Shown one piece after another: positions 1 to 10,960 of a stretch of 64,000 nucleotides of DNA. A program made the translations under genes and the position numbers. Each line of letters starts with the position of its first letter. Position 1 is the first letter of the stretch. The notes below the pieces were generated by a model. That model did no database searches. It was not told the DNA's origin and was given only the letters and a program-made list of their open reading frames with translations. This stretch comes from Alphaproteobacteria bacterium (lineage in GTDB: Bacteria > Pseudomonadota > Alphaproteobacteria > UBA828), in NCBI GenBank assembly GCA_022826665.1, contig JAJDUK010000047.1, positions 137,442-201,441 of the forward strand, given 5' to 3'.

Positions 1-2
1 CC

Positions 3-341
3 GCGGGCTACATGCTCGCCATCCTTTCCAATGGCGATCGCGACATGCTGGAGGCCGCGATGCCGCACGTCGGCATCCCCTTCGACCATGTGATCTCGGT
101 GCAGGAGGCCGGCGCCTTCAAGCCCCACTGGCGGACCTATGCCAAGGCCGCGGAGATCATGGGCGTTGACCGGACGGCCTGCGCGCTGGTCGCCAATCAC
201 GCCTTCGATTGCATCGGCGCCAAGGCCTACGGCATGCGGACGATCTTCATCGACCGGCGAAGCCGCCCATTCGGCGAGACCCCGCACCGCCCAGACCTCA
301 TCGTCGAGAACGTCACGGCGCTCGCAGCGGCGCTGGCCTGA
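3..341 (+). CDS. HAD-superfamily hydrolase, haloacid dehalogenase type II-like (5' truncated by window edge)
   Basis: AILSNG, FKPH and ANHAFDCIGAKAYG motifs of HAD type II; the frame is open to the window start. Confidence 0.8.
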   Translation, partial: AGYMLAILSNGDRDMLEAAMPHVGIPFDHVISVQEAGAFKPHWRTYAKAAEIMGVDRTACALVANHAFDCIGAKAYGMRTIFIDRRSRPFGETPHRPDLIVENVTALAAALA

Positions 342-367
342 CGCGTCGGACCCGAAGCGGCGGCGGA

Positions 368-1978
368 ATGCAGGCGGACTACATCGTCATCGGTTCGGGC
401 TCCGGTGGAGCGGCGGTTGCAGCCCGTCTCGCGGAGAACCCGCGCAACCGGGTGCTGCTCCTCGAAGCGGGGCCGAAGGACACCAACCCGTTCATCCACA
501 TACCGGCCGGCTTCACCCGTCTGCTCACCCACCCGATGCTCAACTGGCGACGGCAGTCCGAGCCGGTGCCCGGTCTTGGCGGCCGTCGTATGCCCTTCCC
601 CTCTGGCAAGGTGCTGGGCGGCTCCAGCGCGATCAACGGCATGCTCTACATCCGCGGCCAAGCCGAGGACTACGACGCCTGGCGCGATGCCGGCAACGCG
701 GGCTGGGGCTGGGAGGACGTGCTGCCCTACTTCCGCAAGGCCGAGGACCAGCAGCACGGGGAGAACGAGAGCCACGGGGTCGGCGGCCCCATCGGGGTGA
801 GTGACACGCGGCCGAGCAGCCCAGCCTCCCGTCTCTTTCTCGATGCCGCAGTGCGGAGCGGCGTTCCCCGCCTCGACGACCTCAATACCGGCGATCAGCA
901 TGGCATCGCGCTTGTTCAGGGCACGATCAAAAACGGCAAGCGCATGACCACCGCCGTGGGCTACCTGCGGCCGGCGGCGACGCGGGAGAACCTGCGCGTC
1001 GTGACCGAGGCGCTGGTGGACCGCATCGTCGTTGAAGACGGCATCGCCACCGGCGTCATCTATACCGACAAGTCCGGCGCCACCGTCACCGCGCACGCGG
1101 AGCGCGAGGTCGTGCTCTGTGCGGGTGCCGTGGCCTCGCCCCAGATCCTGCTGCAATCGGGGATCGGCGACGCGGACCAGCTCAAGGCGCTCGGCATCGC
1201 GCCGGTCCACCACCTGCCGGGGGTGGGCGAGAATCTCCACGACCACCTGTTCGTCTTCGTCCAGCCCCGGCTGAAGAAGGGGGTTCCGACGCTCAACCGC
1301 CTGCTGCGAAGCCGCCCCCGGCTCGCGGCGGAGGTGCTGCGTTACGGCCTCTTTCGCACCGGCGCCCTGTCGCTCACCTCTTGCGAGGTCTGTGGCTTTC
1401 TCGATTCCAGGGAGCAGGGCGGACGTCCCGATATCGAGATCACCTTCCGTCCGCTCAGCTTCGACCTGTTGCCGGACGGCGGCTGGCGTCCGCACCCCTA
1501 CCCCGGCGGCACGAGCTCAGTCTGTGCCACCCGACCCAAGAGCCGTGGCCGGGTGACGCTGGTGCAGGAGGGCAACGGCGCGCGCCGGGTGGCGATCCAG
1601 CCCAACTACCTCGCGCACGATGAGGACGTGATGAGCCTCGTGCGTGGCCTGCGCATCCTGCGGCGCATCCTGGGGACCGAGCCTATCGCCTCGTGCGTCG
1701 TCTCTGAGCAGCGGCCGGGCCCGGATGTTGAGAGCGACGAGGCGTTGGCCCAATACGTGCGCGAGACGGCGAGCACGGTCTATCACCCGGTCGGCACCTG
1801 CAAGATGGGGAGCGACGCGATGAGCGTCGTCGACGAGCGCCTTCGGGTCCACGGCATCGCGGGTCTACGTGTTGCCGACGCCTCGATCATGCCGGCTATC
1901 CCTTCCGGCAACACCAACGCGCCCACCATCATGATCGGCGAGAAGGCGGCCGACATGATCCGTCGCGACCACAATTAG
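368..1978 (+). CDS. GMC oxidoreductase (choline dehydrogenase-like)
   Basis: DYIVIGSGSGG FAD motif, GKVLGGSSAING, VGENLHDH, YHPVGTCKMG, GNTNAPTIMIGEKA; ATG at 368. Confidence 0.92.
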   Translation: MQADYIVIGSGSGGAAVAARLAENPRNRVLLLEAGPKDTNPFIHIPAGFTRLLTHPMLNWRRQSEPVPGLGGRRMPFPSGKVLGGSSAINGMLYIRGQAEDYDAWRDAGNAGWGWEDVLPYFRKAEDQQHGENESHGVGGPIGVSDTRPSSPASRLFLDAAVRSGVPRLDDLNTGDQHGIALVQGTIKNGKRMTTAVGYLRPAATRENLRVVTEALVDRIVVEDGIATGVIYTDKSGATVTAHAEREVVLCAGAVASPQILLQSGIGDADQLKALGIAPVHHLPGVGENLHDHLFVFVQPRLKKGVPTLNRLLRSRPRLAAEVLRYGLFRTGALSLTSCEVCGFLDSREQGGRPDIEITFRPLSFDLLPDGGWRPHPYPGGTSSVCATRPKSRGRVTLVQEGNGARRVAIQPNYLAHDEDVMSLVRGLRILRRILGTEPIASCVVSEQRPGPDVESDEALAQYVRETASTVYHPVGTCKMGSDAMSVVDERLRVHGIAGLRVADASIMPAIPSGNTNAPTIMIGEKAADMIRRDHN

Positions 1979-2073
1979 AGCTGCCGACCGGCCCTCCGTT
2001 CGGCAAGATTTGTCACAGATTTGTCTCCGCTGGCCGCCTTGCTCCGTTCTGGGCGGAGCGGCATAGTGCGCTC

Positions 2074-2655
2074 ATGGAATGGCGCCATGCAGCAGAAAGG
2101 GGATCGCGCCCGGAGGCAGAAGAGCCGCCGGTCCGCGTGTGCGAGTATCCCGACTGCGACCGTGAGGCCGACCACCGCGCCCCGCGGGCGCCCAATGACC
2201 TCCGCTCCTGGCGCTGGTTCTGCCTCGACCACGTGCGCGACTACAACCGCTCGTGGAACTTCTTTGCGGGCTGGAGCCAGCACGACATCGAGCGCTTTCA
2301 GCACGACGACGTGACCGGACACCGCCCCACCTGGCCGTTCTGCCAGGGCCCGGGCGGGCAGCGCCGGGAAGACCTGGAGGAGGCGTTTCGCACCTTCTCG
2401 CGCGAGTGGCTGAACGGCGAGGAAGCCCCAAATGGAAGAAGGCGGACGGGCACGGAGACGATCTCCGAGGCCAGGCTCGAAGCGCTCGCCCTCTTCGACC
2501 TCGCGCCGCCCTTCGACCTCGACGCGCTCAAGCGGCGCTACAAGTCCCTGGTCAAGCGGCACCATCCCGATGCCAACGGGGGCTCGCGCGAATCCGAGGA
2601 GCTTTTGAAACACATCAATCACGCCTATAACTACCTGAAGAAGGAGTGCTCATAG
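2074..2655 (+). CDS. J-domain (DnaJ-like) protein
   Basis: N-terminal CxxxxC...WFCLDHVRDYN and C-terminal J domain with HPD (HHPDANGG); usual neighbour of cobST. Confidence 0.88.
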   Translation: MEWRHAAERGSRPEAEEPPVRVCEYPDCDREADHRAPRAPNDLRSWRWFCLDHVRDYNRSWNFFAGWSQHDIERFQHDDVTGHRPTWPFCQGPGGQRREDLEEAFRTFSREWLNGEEAPNGRRRTGTETISEARLEALALFDLAPPFDLDALKRRYKSLVKRHHPDANGGSRESEELLKHINHAYNYLKKECS

Positions 2656-2731
2656 ACGAAGGCGTTGTCGATCGGATTGGCGCAAGAGTGGCCGCCGATG
2701 GCGGCCTTATTCGTGCGGAGGGAAGCGCGCA

Positions 2732-3733
2732 ATGCAAACTAGTGAGGTGGGGACGGCTGTCACCAATGACGGAGTGCCGGATATCCAGGTTTCCGTCAGC
2801 CAGACATTCGGCATCGATACCGACATGGAAGTGCCGGCGTTTTCGGAGCCCACGGACCATGTGCCGGATATTGACACCGCGTATCACTTCGACCGCGACA
2901 CCACGCTGACCATTCTCGCAGGCTTCGCGCACAACCGCCGGGTGATGATCCAGGGCTATCACGGCACCGGAAAATCCACCCACATTGAGCAGGTGGCGGC
3001 GCGCCTCAATTGGCCCTGCATCCGCATTAACCTCGACAGCCACATCAGCCGCATCGACCTGATCGGCAAAGACGCTATCGTGATTCGCGACGGGGTGCAG
3101 GTGACCGAGTTTCGCGAAGGCCTGCTGCCCTGGGCGCTGCAACACCCGACGGCGCTGGTCTTCGATGAATACGACGCCGGCCGGCCGGACGTGATGTTCG
3201 TGATCCAGCGCATCCTCGAGGTCGACGGCAAACTCACCCTGCTCGACCAGAATCGGGTGGTGCGGCCGCATCCCGCCTTCCGCATCTTCTCCACCACCAA
3301 CACCGTCGGCCTCGGCGATACGACGGGCCTCTATCACGGCACGCAGCAGATCAACCAAGGCCAGATGGACCGCTGGAACCTGGTCGCGACGCTGAACTAC
3401 CTCCCCCACGACGACGAGGTGAAGATCGTGCTGTCGAAGGTGCCTTCTTACGAGAAGGAGGAGAAGCTCAAGCTGATCCACGCGATGGTGGAGGTGGCGG
3501 CGCTCTCCCGCTCGGGCTTCATGGCCGGCGACGTCTCCACCGTCATGTCGCCGCGCACGGTCATCCACTGGGCCGAGAACGCCGAGATCTTCGGCGACGT
3601 GGGCTACGCCTTCCGCACGACTTTCGTGAACAAGTGCGACGAGATGGAGCGGCCGATCATCGCCGAGTACTTCCAGCGCTGCCTCGGCATGGAGCTTCCA
3701 GAATCGTCGGCGCCGCTGCAGCCGACCGCCTGA
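2732..3733 (+). CDS. cobS: Cobaltochelatase subunit CobS (MoxR-type AAA+)
   Basis: GYHGTGKST Walker A, LVFDEYDAGRPDV Walker B, GLYHGTQQINQGQMDRW. Confidence 0.96.
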   Translation: MQTSEVGTAVTNDGVPDIQVSVSQTFGIDTDMEVPAFSEPTDHVPDIDTAYHFDRDTTLTILAGFAHNRRVMIQGYHGTGKSTHIEQVAARLNWPCIRINLDSHISRIDLIGKDAIVIRDGVQVTEFREGLLPWALQHPTALVFDEYDAGRPDVMFVIQRILEVDGKLTLLDQNRVVRPHPAFRIFSTTNTVGLGDTTGLYHGTQQINQGQMDRWNLVATLNYLPHDDEVKIVLSKVPSYEKEEKLKLIHAMVEVAALSRSGFMAGDVSTVMSPRTVIHWAENAEIFGDVGYAFRTTFVNKCDEMERPIIAEYFQRCLGMELPESSAPLQPTA

Positions 3734-3748
3734 GCCGGAGCACGCCGC

Positions 3749-5620
3749 GTGGCCCAGGAGGAAACCCCCGTCGAGACCTTCCAGCGCGCCGTCGGCTCGG
3801 CGCTGCGGGCCATTGCGGGCGAGGGGGGCGAGGAACTTCAGGTTTCCTTCGGCGCGGATCAGCCGCAAGTCGCGGGCGATCAGGTTCAGCTGCCGTTCCC
3901 GGCGCGGGACCTCAACGCGCTCGACGTGGAGCTCGTGCGGGGCTCGGCCGATGCGTTGGCGCTTCGGCTCCGCTATCACGACCAGGGCGCCCACGTGCGC
4001 GAGCAGCCGCGCGGCAAAACGGCGCGGGCGATCTACGACGCGATCGAGCAGACACGGGTCGAGGCACTAGGCGCCGGTCGACTGGCCGGGGTGGCGGCGA
4101 ACCTCGATTCCGCGCTTGAGCAACGTTGCCGGCGCAAGGGCTACGACCACTGCACGGCGCCGGAAGAGGTGCCGGTCGCCGAAGCGCTCGCCATGATCAT
4201 GCGCGAGAAGCTCACCGGCCGGCACCTGCCGCAGTCGGCGCGCCACATGGCCGACCTTTGGCGCCCCTGGTTCGAGACCAAGGGCGCCCGGCACACGACG
4301 CAGCTCGTGCGCGCGATTCACGACCAGGAGCAATTTTCCACTCTGTCCCGCCGCCTCATCAAGGAGCTGGATCTGCCCGACGAGGACGCCGAAGACCCGG
4401 ACGACGCCGAGGACCAGTCGAGCCCCGAGCAGACCGACGACGACGACGCGAGCCAGCCCGGCGATGCGGAGCAAGGCGACGAGATGGATGCGGACAGCGA
4501 CCGGGAAGCAGATGTCGACGCGGACGCGGATGCCGAAGCGCAGGAGGCGTCCGACGAAGACGCCGACGCCTCCATGAGCGAGGGTGAGGACGACGAGGAG
4601 GCTGGCCGCCGGCGCCTGCAGCCCGGAGGAGGACCGGGCGCCAAGGAGCCACCCTACAAGGCGTACACCACGCAGTTCGACGAGGTCGTCAACGCCTCGG
4701 AGCTTTGCGACGCCGAGGAGCTGGCCCGCTTGCGCACCCAGCTCGACCAGCAGCTCTCCCAGCTGCACGGGGTCATCAGCCGGCTCGCGAACCGGCTGCA
4801 GCGGCGCCTGCTCGCGCGCCAGACCCGGTCGTGGGAGTTCGACCTCGAAGAGGGCCTGCTGGATACCGCGCGGCTCTCCCGCGTCGTCACCAACCCGCTT
4901 CATCCGCTCTCCTACAAGATGGAGAAGGAGACTTCGTTCCGCGACACGGTGGTGACGCTGCTCATCGACAATTCGGGCTCCATGCGCGGGCGGCCGATCA
5001 TGGTGGCCGCCATGAGCGGCGACATCCTGGCGCGGACGCTGGAGCGCTGCGGCGTAAAGGTGGAGATCCTGGGCTTTACCACGCGTGCCTGGAAAGGCGG
5101 CCAGTCGCGCGAGCGCTGGCTGGCGGAAGGACGCTCGCGCAATCCGGGGCGGCTCAACGACCTGCGCCACATCATCTACAAGAACGCCGACGAGCCCTGG
5201 CGTCGGGCGCGAAAGAGCCTCGGCCTCATGCTGCGCGAGGGCCTGCTCAAGGAGAACATCGACGGCGAGGCGCTGCTCTGGGCCCACGAGCGCCTGCTCG
5301 GCCGGTCCGAGGAGCGGCGCATTCTGATGGTGATTTCCGACGGCGCGCCGGTCGACGACAGCACGCTCTCGGTCAACGCACGCAACTATCTGGAGCGGCA
5401 CCTGCGCTCGGTCATCGATTGGGTCGAGACCTTCTCGCCGGTCCAATTGCTGGCCATCGGCATCGGGCACGACGTGACCCGCTACTACCGCCGCGCCGTC
5501 ACGCTGACCGATGCAGAGCAGCTCGGCGGCACCATGACCGAAAAGCTCGCCGAGCTCTTCGACGAGCAGCCGCGCGACGAGCGCGCCTTCGAATCCCGCC
5601 CTCGGCTCAGAAGCGCCTAG
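3749..5620 (+). CDS. cobT: Cobaltochelatase subunit CobT (vWA domain)
   Basis: Follows cobS; acidic linker, [16 protein letters not shown] motif, [20 protein letters not shown]. Confidence 0.96.
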   Translation: MAQEETPVETFQRAVGSALRAIAGEGGEELQVSFGADQPQVAGDQVQLPFPARDLNALDVELVRGSADALALRLRYHDQGAHVREQPRGKTARAIYDAIEQTRVEALGAGRLAGVAANLDSALEQRCRRKGYDHCTAPEEVPVAEALAMIMREKLTGRHLPQSARHMADLWRPWFETKGARHTTQLVRAIHDQEQFSTLSRRLIKELDLPDEDAEDPDDAEDQSSPEQTDDDDASQPGDAEQGDEMDADSDREADVDADADAEAQEASDEDADASMSEGEDDEEAGRRRLQPGGGPGAKEPPYKAYTTQFDEVVNASELCDAEELARLRTQLDQQLSQLHGVISRLANRLQRRLLARQTRSWEFDLEEGLLDTARLSRVVTNPLHPLSYKMEKETSFRDTVVTLLIDNSGSMRGRPIMVAAMSGDILARTLERCGVKVEILGFTTRAWKGGQSRERWLAEGRSRNPGRLNDLRHIIYKNADEPWRRARKSLGLMLREGLLKENIDGEALLWAHERLLGRSEERRILMVISDGAPVDDSTLSVNARNYLERHLRSVIDWVETFSPVQLLAIGIGHDVTRYYRRAVTLTDAEQLGGTMTEKLAELFDEQPRDERAFESRPRLRSA

Positions 5621-5635
5621 CCGCCGTCCTTCTTC

Positions 5636-6400
5636 TCACATGAGGTGGGCCTCGAAGAAGGCCAGGGTCCGTCGCCAGGCGAGGGCGGTGTCCTCTTCGT
5701 CATAGCGGGCGCTGGTCGGATTGGCGAAGCCGTGATCGGCCTCGTACCAGTGGTTCTCGGCGCTCTTGCCGGCTGCCGCCATCTCCGCCTCGAAGCCGTC
5801 CACCATCTCCTGGTTGATCCACCTGTCACGGGTGGCGAAGTGACCCAGCACCGGCCCGGCCAAGGAAGCGAGCTGCTCCCGCGTCCTCTTCACGTTGCCG
5901 TAGTAGACGATTGTCGCGTTGACCGGCGCCGCAAGCGAGGCATTGAGCGACCAGCGGCCGCCGAAGCACCAGCCCACGGTGCCGACCTTGCCGCTGCCGC
6001 TCTCGTGGTTCCGGAGCCAGTCGATCCATGAGGCGCAGGTGTCGGTGGCGTCCTGCGGCTTGACCCCCGTCGCCAGCTCCCGCGCCACGGCAGGATCGGC
6101 GGTGACGTTGCCGTCGTAGAGGTCGATGGCGAGCGCCAGATAGCCGGCGTCCGCCAGCGCGGCGGCGACCGACTTGATCTGATCGTTCAGCCCCCACCAC
6201 TCGTGCACCAGCATGACGGCCGGTGCCGGCAGCGCGGCGGGGACGCCGAGCGCGGCCGAGACGGAGCGGCCGCCGGCGGTGGTGATGGTGACGGTCTCGA
6301 GGCTGGCGGCCGCGGCCCGAGCGAGCCGCCGATCGGCGAGGACCGCCGCGAGCGGCAGCCCGGCGAGACCGATGAGGAGGTCACGTCTTGCGAGTCCCAT
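5636..6400 (-). CDS. Dienelactone hydrolase family protein with Tat signal
   Basis: RRDLL twin-arginine leader, HEWWGLN, GWCFGG nucleophile elbow, HGFANP. Confidence 0.88.
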   Translation of the reverse strand: MGLARRDLLIGLAGLPLAAVLADRRLARAAAASLETVTITTAGGRSVSAALGVPAALPAPAVMLVHEWWGLNDQIKSVAAALADAGYLALAIDLYDGNVTADPAVARELATGVKPQDATDTCASWIDWLRNHESGSGKVGTVGWCFGGRWSLNASLAAPVNATIVYYGNVKRTREQLASLAGPVLGHFATRDRWINQEMVDGFEAEMAAAGKSAENHWYEADHGFANPTSARYDEEDTALAWRRTLAFFEAHLM

Positions 6401-6544
6401 GGCGCGTCGTCCTCCGTTGCGATCTGAGGGAGACCATGGTCGGGCGCGCGCGGCTCCGACGCAAGGCGCTATCGGCACGGGCCCCCTCGCTTTCTCCGCC
6501 GGACCGCTCCCTGTATCCTCGCGCGGCTTCAGCGGAGGAGGGCC

Positions 6545-8272
6545 ATGGCGAGTTCGATCCAGGCGCGAAAGACCAGACGTCGGCAATGGGCCGGCGCGGA
6601 TCCCGCGCAGCGGCGGGACCTGGCGAACCGCGCCTACACCGGCGGGGATGCGCTGGTCGCGACCCTTCTCGAACACGGCGTCGATACCGCGTTCGGCGTG
6701 CCGGGCGAGAGCTACCTCGCCGTGCTGGAAGCGCTGCGGGCGGCGCAGGAGCGGCTGCGCTTCGTCATTACGCGCCACGAATCCGGTGCCACCTTCGCCG
6801 CCTGCGCCTACGCCCGACTGGCGCGCAAGCCGGGCGTCGCCTTCGTGACCCGCGGGCCCGGCGCCACCAATGGGTCCATTGGCATCCACACCGCACGCCA
6901 GGATTCGGTACCGCTCGTGCTCTTCATTGGCCAGGTCCCGTCGGATCAGCGGGGCCGCGAGGCTTTCCAGGAGATCGACTACCACCGCATGCTCGGACCG
7001 ATGACCAAGGCGGTGTTCGAGCCCCACACGCCGCACGAGGTTGCAGCCGCCGCGGCGGAAGCCTTCGCCATCGCCGTTGACGGCAGGCCAGGGCCGGTCG
7101 CGGTGGCGCTGCCGGAGGACGTGACCGAAGGCGAGACCAACGACACACCGGTACCGCAGCCCCGCCCGCGCCGCGCCGTACTGCCGGCGCCGGACGACAT
7201 CCGCGCCATCGCCGAGCGGATCGCGCAGGCCGAGCGTCCGGTCGCGATCGCGGGCGAAATGGTGGGCTTCGAAGGCGCCAACGAGGCGCTCGCCACATTC
7301 GCCGAGGCCCATGGCGTGGGCGTGTTCAGCTCCTTCCGCCAGCAGGGGGTGGTGCCGTGCGCACACCCCGCCTATCTGGGGACGCTCGGCCTCGCGCTCC
7401 CGCCCTATCAGGAGGCCCTGCTGGCGGAAGCGGACCTCGTGCTCGCACTCGGCACTCGGCTCGACCTCGCCACGACGGTCGACGACCGCGTGATCCACGA
7501 GGCTCGCTTCGTGGTCCACGTCTACCCGGACGCGGACGCGCTCGCTGCCGCCGGGGCCGGCCTGCAGGTCCGCGCCGATATCGCGCCCGTGCTGGAGGGC
7601 CTCATCGCCGCAGCACCGGAGGCCCCGCCTGCCTCCCGCAGCGCTTGGCGCGCGGCACAGCGGACAGTGTTCGACGGGTTCCGACGGGAGTCCGCCGGAC
7701 CGGCGCTCGGCACGGTCGATCTCGCCACCGTGGTGCAGACGCTCGCCGAACGGGTGCCGCAGGACGCCACCATCGTCAACGACGCCGGTAACTTCGCAAC
7801 CTGGCTGCTGCGCCACTTCCCCTACGAGCATCCGCTGGCCCAGGCCGCGCCGTCGGTAGGCGCGATGGGTTATGGCGTGCCCGGCGCCGTCGGCGCCCAG
7901 CTCGCGAGACCCGGCAAGCGGGTGGTAGCGATTGCCGGTGACGGCGGCTTCGGCATGACCGGGCAGGAGCTGATCACGGCGGTCGGCAATCGGCTCCCAA
8001 TCGTCGTGCTGGTGTGCGACAACGGCATCTACGGCACCATCGCCATGCACCAGTACAATCGTTACGGCGCCGATGCGACCTATGGCGTCGCCCTCCACAG
8101 CCCCGACTTTGCGGCCGCCGCGCGCGCCTGGGGCGCCGACGCCTGGACGGTCGAGACCACCGAGGCTTTCGTGCCGGCCCTGGAGGGGGCGCTGGCCGCC
8201 GAAGGCCCGGCGCTGATCCACCTCAAGACCGACATACGCGACCTCGCGGCCTCGGGCGCCAAGATGCAGTGA
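6545..8272 (+). CDS. Thiamine pyrophosphate-dependent enzyme (acetolactate synthase large-subunit-like)
   Basis: FGVPGESY, RHESGA, RGPGATN, GAMGYG, GDGG...N TPP motif; start may lie slightly downstream. Confidence 0.88.
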   Translation: MASSIQARKTRRRQWAGADPAQRRDLANRAYTGGDALVATLLEHGVDTAFGVPGESYLAVLEALRAAQERLRFVITRHESGATFAACAYARLARKPGVAFVTRGPGATNGSIGIHTARQDSVPLVLFIGQVPSDQRGREAFQEIDYHRMLGPMTKAVFEPHTPHEVAAAAAEAFAIAVDGRPGPVAVALPEDVTEGETNDTPVPQPRPRRAVLPAPDDIRAIAERIAQAERPVAIAGEMVGFEGANEALATFAEAHGVGVFSSFRQQGVVPCAHPAYLGTLGLALPPYQEALLAEADLVLALGTRLDLATTVDDRVIHEARFVVHVYPDADALAAAGAGLQVRADIAPVLEGLIAAAPEAPPASRSAWRAAQRTVFDGFRRESAGPALGTVDLATVVQTLAERVPQDATIVNDAGNFATWLLRHFPYEHPLAQAAPSVGAMGYGVPGAVGAQLARPGKRVVAIAGDGGFGMTGQELITAVGNRLPIVVLVCDNGIYGTIAMHQYNRYGADATYGVALHSPDFAAAARAWGADAWTVETTEAFVPALEGALAAEGPALIHLKTDIRDLAASGAKMQ

Positions 8273-8274
8273 CC

Positions 8275-9489
8275 ATGGCCGCCGGCCACGACGAGACGGA
8301 CGACGCCGGCGAGGAGGGCCCAGCGCCAGACGGGGCGCCGGTCGAAGCCCATGTTCTGAGCTCCATCACGCAGGTGGACGCAGCCGCCTGGGATCGCTGC
8401 GCCGGCCCCGATAACCCCTTCGTGCGCCACGCTTTTCTCGCCGCGCTGGAGGAGAGCGGCTCGAGCACGGGCGAGACCGGCTGGCAACCCCGGCACATCG
8501 TCCTCAAGACCCCGCAAGGCGCCGCCCTCGGCGCCGTGCCGATGTATCTCAAGAACCATTCCTACGGCGAATATGTCTTCGACCACGGCTGGGCGGACGC
8601 GTTCGAGCGGGCGGGCGGGCGCTACTATCCCAAGCTCCAGGTCTCGGTTCCGTTCACGCCGGTGACCGGGCCACGCCTGCTGACCCCGCCGGGGCCGGGC
8701 GCGGAAGCGGTGAGGACGGCGCTTCTTTCCACCTGCGTCGGCATTTGCGACCAGATCGGCGTGTCTTCGGTGCACATCACCTTCCCCACCGAGGACGAGT
8801 TCGACCTGATGGGCGAGGCCGGGCTCCTGCAACGGACGGGCATCCAGTTCCACTGGCTGAACGAGGGCTATGGGAGCTTCGACGACTTCCTCGCCAGCCT
8901 CGCCTCGCGCAAGCGCAAGCAGATCCGCAAAGAGCGACAGGCGGTTGCAGACTCCGGCCTCACGATCATGGCGCTGACGGGCAACGAGATCGAGGAGCGC
9001 CACTGGGACGCCTTCTTCGCCTTCTACCAGGCGACCGGCAGCCGCAAGTGGGGGGTGCCCTACCTCACGCGCGAATTCTTCAGCCTGCTGGGCGAGCGGA
9101 TGTCCGACGCGGTGGTGCTGGTGATGGTGGAGCGGGACGGCCGGCCCATCGCAGGCGCGCTCAACCTTGCAGGCTCGGATGCGCTCTACGGCCGCAACTG
9201 GGGCGCCGTCGAGGAGCACCGCTTCCTGCACTTCGAGGCCTGCTACTACCGTGCCATCGACTACGCCATCGCCCACGGGCTCAAGCGGGTCGAGGCCGGC
9301 GCCCAGGGTCCGCACAAGCTCGCACGCGGCTACCTGCCGGTGCCCACCTATTCCGCACACTGGGTCGCCAACGAAAGCCTGCGCGATGCGGTCGCCCACT
9401 ACCTCGATCACGAGACCCGGGAGATCGACCGCGAGATCACCGTGCTGGAGCGGCACGGCCCCTTCCGCCAGAGCGATGACGCGGCGTGA
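8275..9489 (+). CDS. GNAT/FemAB-like protein (DUF482-type)
   Basis: HSYGEYVFDHGWA, YYPKL, PFTPVTG, LYGRNWG, LHFEACYY, EAGAQG. Confidence 0.88.
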   Translation: MAAGHDETDDAGEEGPAPDGAPVEAHVLSSITQVDAAAWDRCAGPDNPFVRHAFLAALEESGSSTGETGWQPRHIVLKTPQGAALGAVPMYLKNHSYGEYVFDHGWADAFERAGGRYYPKLQVSVPFTPVTGPRLLTPPGPGAEAVRTALLSTCVGICDQIGVSSVHITFPTEDEFDLMGEAGLLQRTGIQFHWLNEGYGSFDDFLASLASRKRKQIRKERQAVADSGLTIMALTGNEIEERHWDAFFAFYQATGSRKWGVPYLTREFFSLLGERMSDAVVLVMVERDGRPIAGALNLAGSDALYGRNWGAVEEHRFLHFEACYYRAIDYAIAHGLKRVEAGAQGPHKLARGYLPVPTYSAHWVANESLRDAVAHYLDHETREIDREITVLERHGPFRQSDDAA

Positions 9490-9574
9490 GCGGGGGCGCC
9501 GCATCGCTTGCGCGCGGCACCGCACCGCCCCAAGATCGCCCGCGCAATAACCGCCGCGCCTGAGGAGAAACCGG

Positions 9575-10924
9575 ATGGATGCCCCCAATCTCGACGCGCT
9601 GACTCGCGACGCGCTCGACTACTACCTGTTCCCGCTCGCGACCAAGCAGGACATGCGCACGGACGGTCCGATGATCTTCTCCAGCGCCGAGGGCATGGAG
9701 ATCACCGACGCAGGCGGTAAGACCTACCTCGACATGATGAGCACCCAGACCCGGGCGAGCTCGCTCGGCTACGGGCAGGAGCGCATCGCGCGCGCGATCT
9801 ACGACCAGCTGATGTCGCTCCACTACGCCGGCACCTTCGCCAACGTCGCCGACACGACCATCCGGCTCTCGGCCAAGATCGCCGATCTCGCGCCCGGCTC
9901 ACTCACGGCAACGGTGTTCGCCGGCAGCGGATCGGAGGCGAACGAGATGTCGATCAAGCTCGCCAAGCAGTACCACGCCGCCAAGGGCGACAAGCCGCGC
10001 GCGCACAAGATCATCTCGCGCTGGGACTCCTATCACGGCGCCACCATGGGCGTGATCGGCAGCACCGACTATCTCGGCACCCGCGCGATCACCGAGCCCG
10101 GCGTGCCTGGCTTTAGCCGCATCCCGGCGCCGAGCCTCTACCGCACGCCCTTCGGCATGGACCCCTCCGAGGTCTGCGACTTCTGCGTGGACTTCCTGGA
10201 GCAACACATCGTCCACGAGGGGCCGGAAACAGTCGCGGCCTTCATCGCGGAGCCGGTGATGCAGGGCGACGGCGTGCAGGTGCCGCCGGACGATTACTTC
10301 CCTCGCGTGCGGGAGGTCTGCGACAAGTACGACGTGCTCCTGATCGGCGACGAGGTGATCTGCGGCTTCGGCCGCACCGGGCGCTGGTTCGCGCTGGAGC
10401 ACTGGGGCGTCGAGTGCGACATCATGAGCACCGCAAAGGCGATCACCGCCGGCTATTTCCCGCTCGGCGCGTCCACGGCGAGCCGCAAGGTGGCCGACGC
10501 GCTGCCCGTGTTCACCCACGTGCAGACCTACAACGGCCACCCCGGTGCCTGTGCTGCGGCGCTCGCCACCATCGACATCCTGGAGAGCGACAACCTGATC
10601 GAGCGTGCGGCCGAAACCGGCACCTACTTCCTCGACGGGATGCAGCGGCTGCGCGACCTCCCTGTCGTCGGCGATGTGCGCGGGCTCGGCATGTGGACCT
10701 GCATCGACTTCACCTGCGACAAGAAGACCAAGGCGCCGTTCACCGACGACACGGTGAAGGCGATCACGCGGCGCATGGCCGATCTCGGCGTGCTCGGCGG
10801 CGAGGAGGGCACGGCGATCGAGTTCGGCCCGGCGCTGATCGCGACCCGCGAGATGGTGGACCGCTGTGTCGATGTGGCGGAGCAGGCGATCCGCGAGGTG
10901 ATGGCGGACCGCGACCTCGGCTGA
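9575..10924 (+). CDS. Class III PLP-dependent aminotransferase
   Basis: SGSEANE, SYHG, AFIAEP, DEVICGFGRTG, AKAITAGYFPL. Confidence 0.92.
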   Translation: MDAPNLDALTRDALDYYLFPLATKQDMRTDGPMIFSSAEGMEITDAGGKTYLDMMSTQTRASSLGYGQERIARAIYDQLMSLHYAGTFANVADTTIRLSAKIADLAPGSLTATVFAGSGSEANEMSIKLAKQYHAAKGDKPRAHKIISRWDSYHGATMGVIGSTDYLGTRAITEPGVPGFSRIPAPSLYRTPFGMDPSEVCDFCVDFLEQHIVHEGPETVAAFIAEPVMQGDGVQVPPDDYFPRVREVCDKYDVLLIGDEVICGFGRTGRWFALEHWGVECDIMSTAKAITAGYFPLGASTASRKVADALPVFTHVQTYNGHPGACAAALATIDILESDNLIERAAETGTYFLDGMQRLRDLPVVGDVRGLGMWTCIDFTCDKKTKAPFTDDTVKAITRRMADLGVLGGEEGTAIEFGPALIATREMVDRCVDVAEQAIREVMADRDLG

Positions 10925-10938
10925 CCGAAACCGGCCCG

Positions 10939-10957
10939 CCGCGGCTTCAAGCCGCGG
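10939..10957. terminator. GC-rich hairpin between convergent genes, possible terminator
   Basis: CCGCGGCT-TCA-AGCCGCGG perfect 8-bp stem; no clear U-tract. Confidence 0.4.
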
Positions 10958-10960
10958 GAA

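Noticed and set aside
4375-4605. Asp/Glu-rich low-complexity tract
   Set aside because: Normal acidic linker of CobT.
2732-5620. cobST without cobN as a novel system
   Set aside because: cobS-cobT are routinely unlinked from cobN in alphaproteobacteria.
5636-8221. 861-aa minus-strand ORF and other long overlapping ORFs (e.g. 13487-15220, 50897-52675, 53856-55940, 59618-61498)
   Set aside because: High-GC antisense shadows of well-supported genes. Only 5636-6400 of the first is a real CDS.
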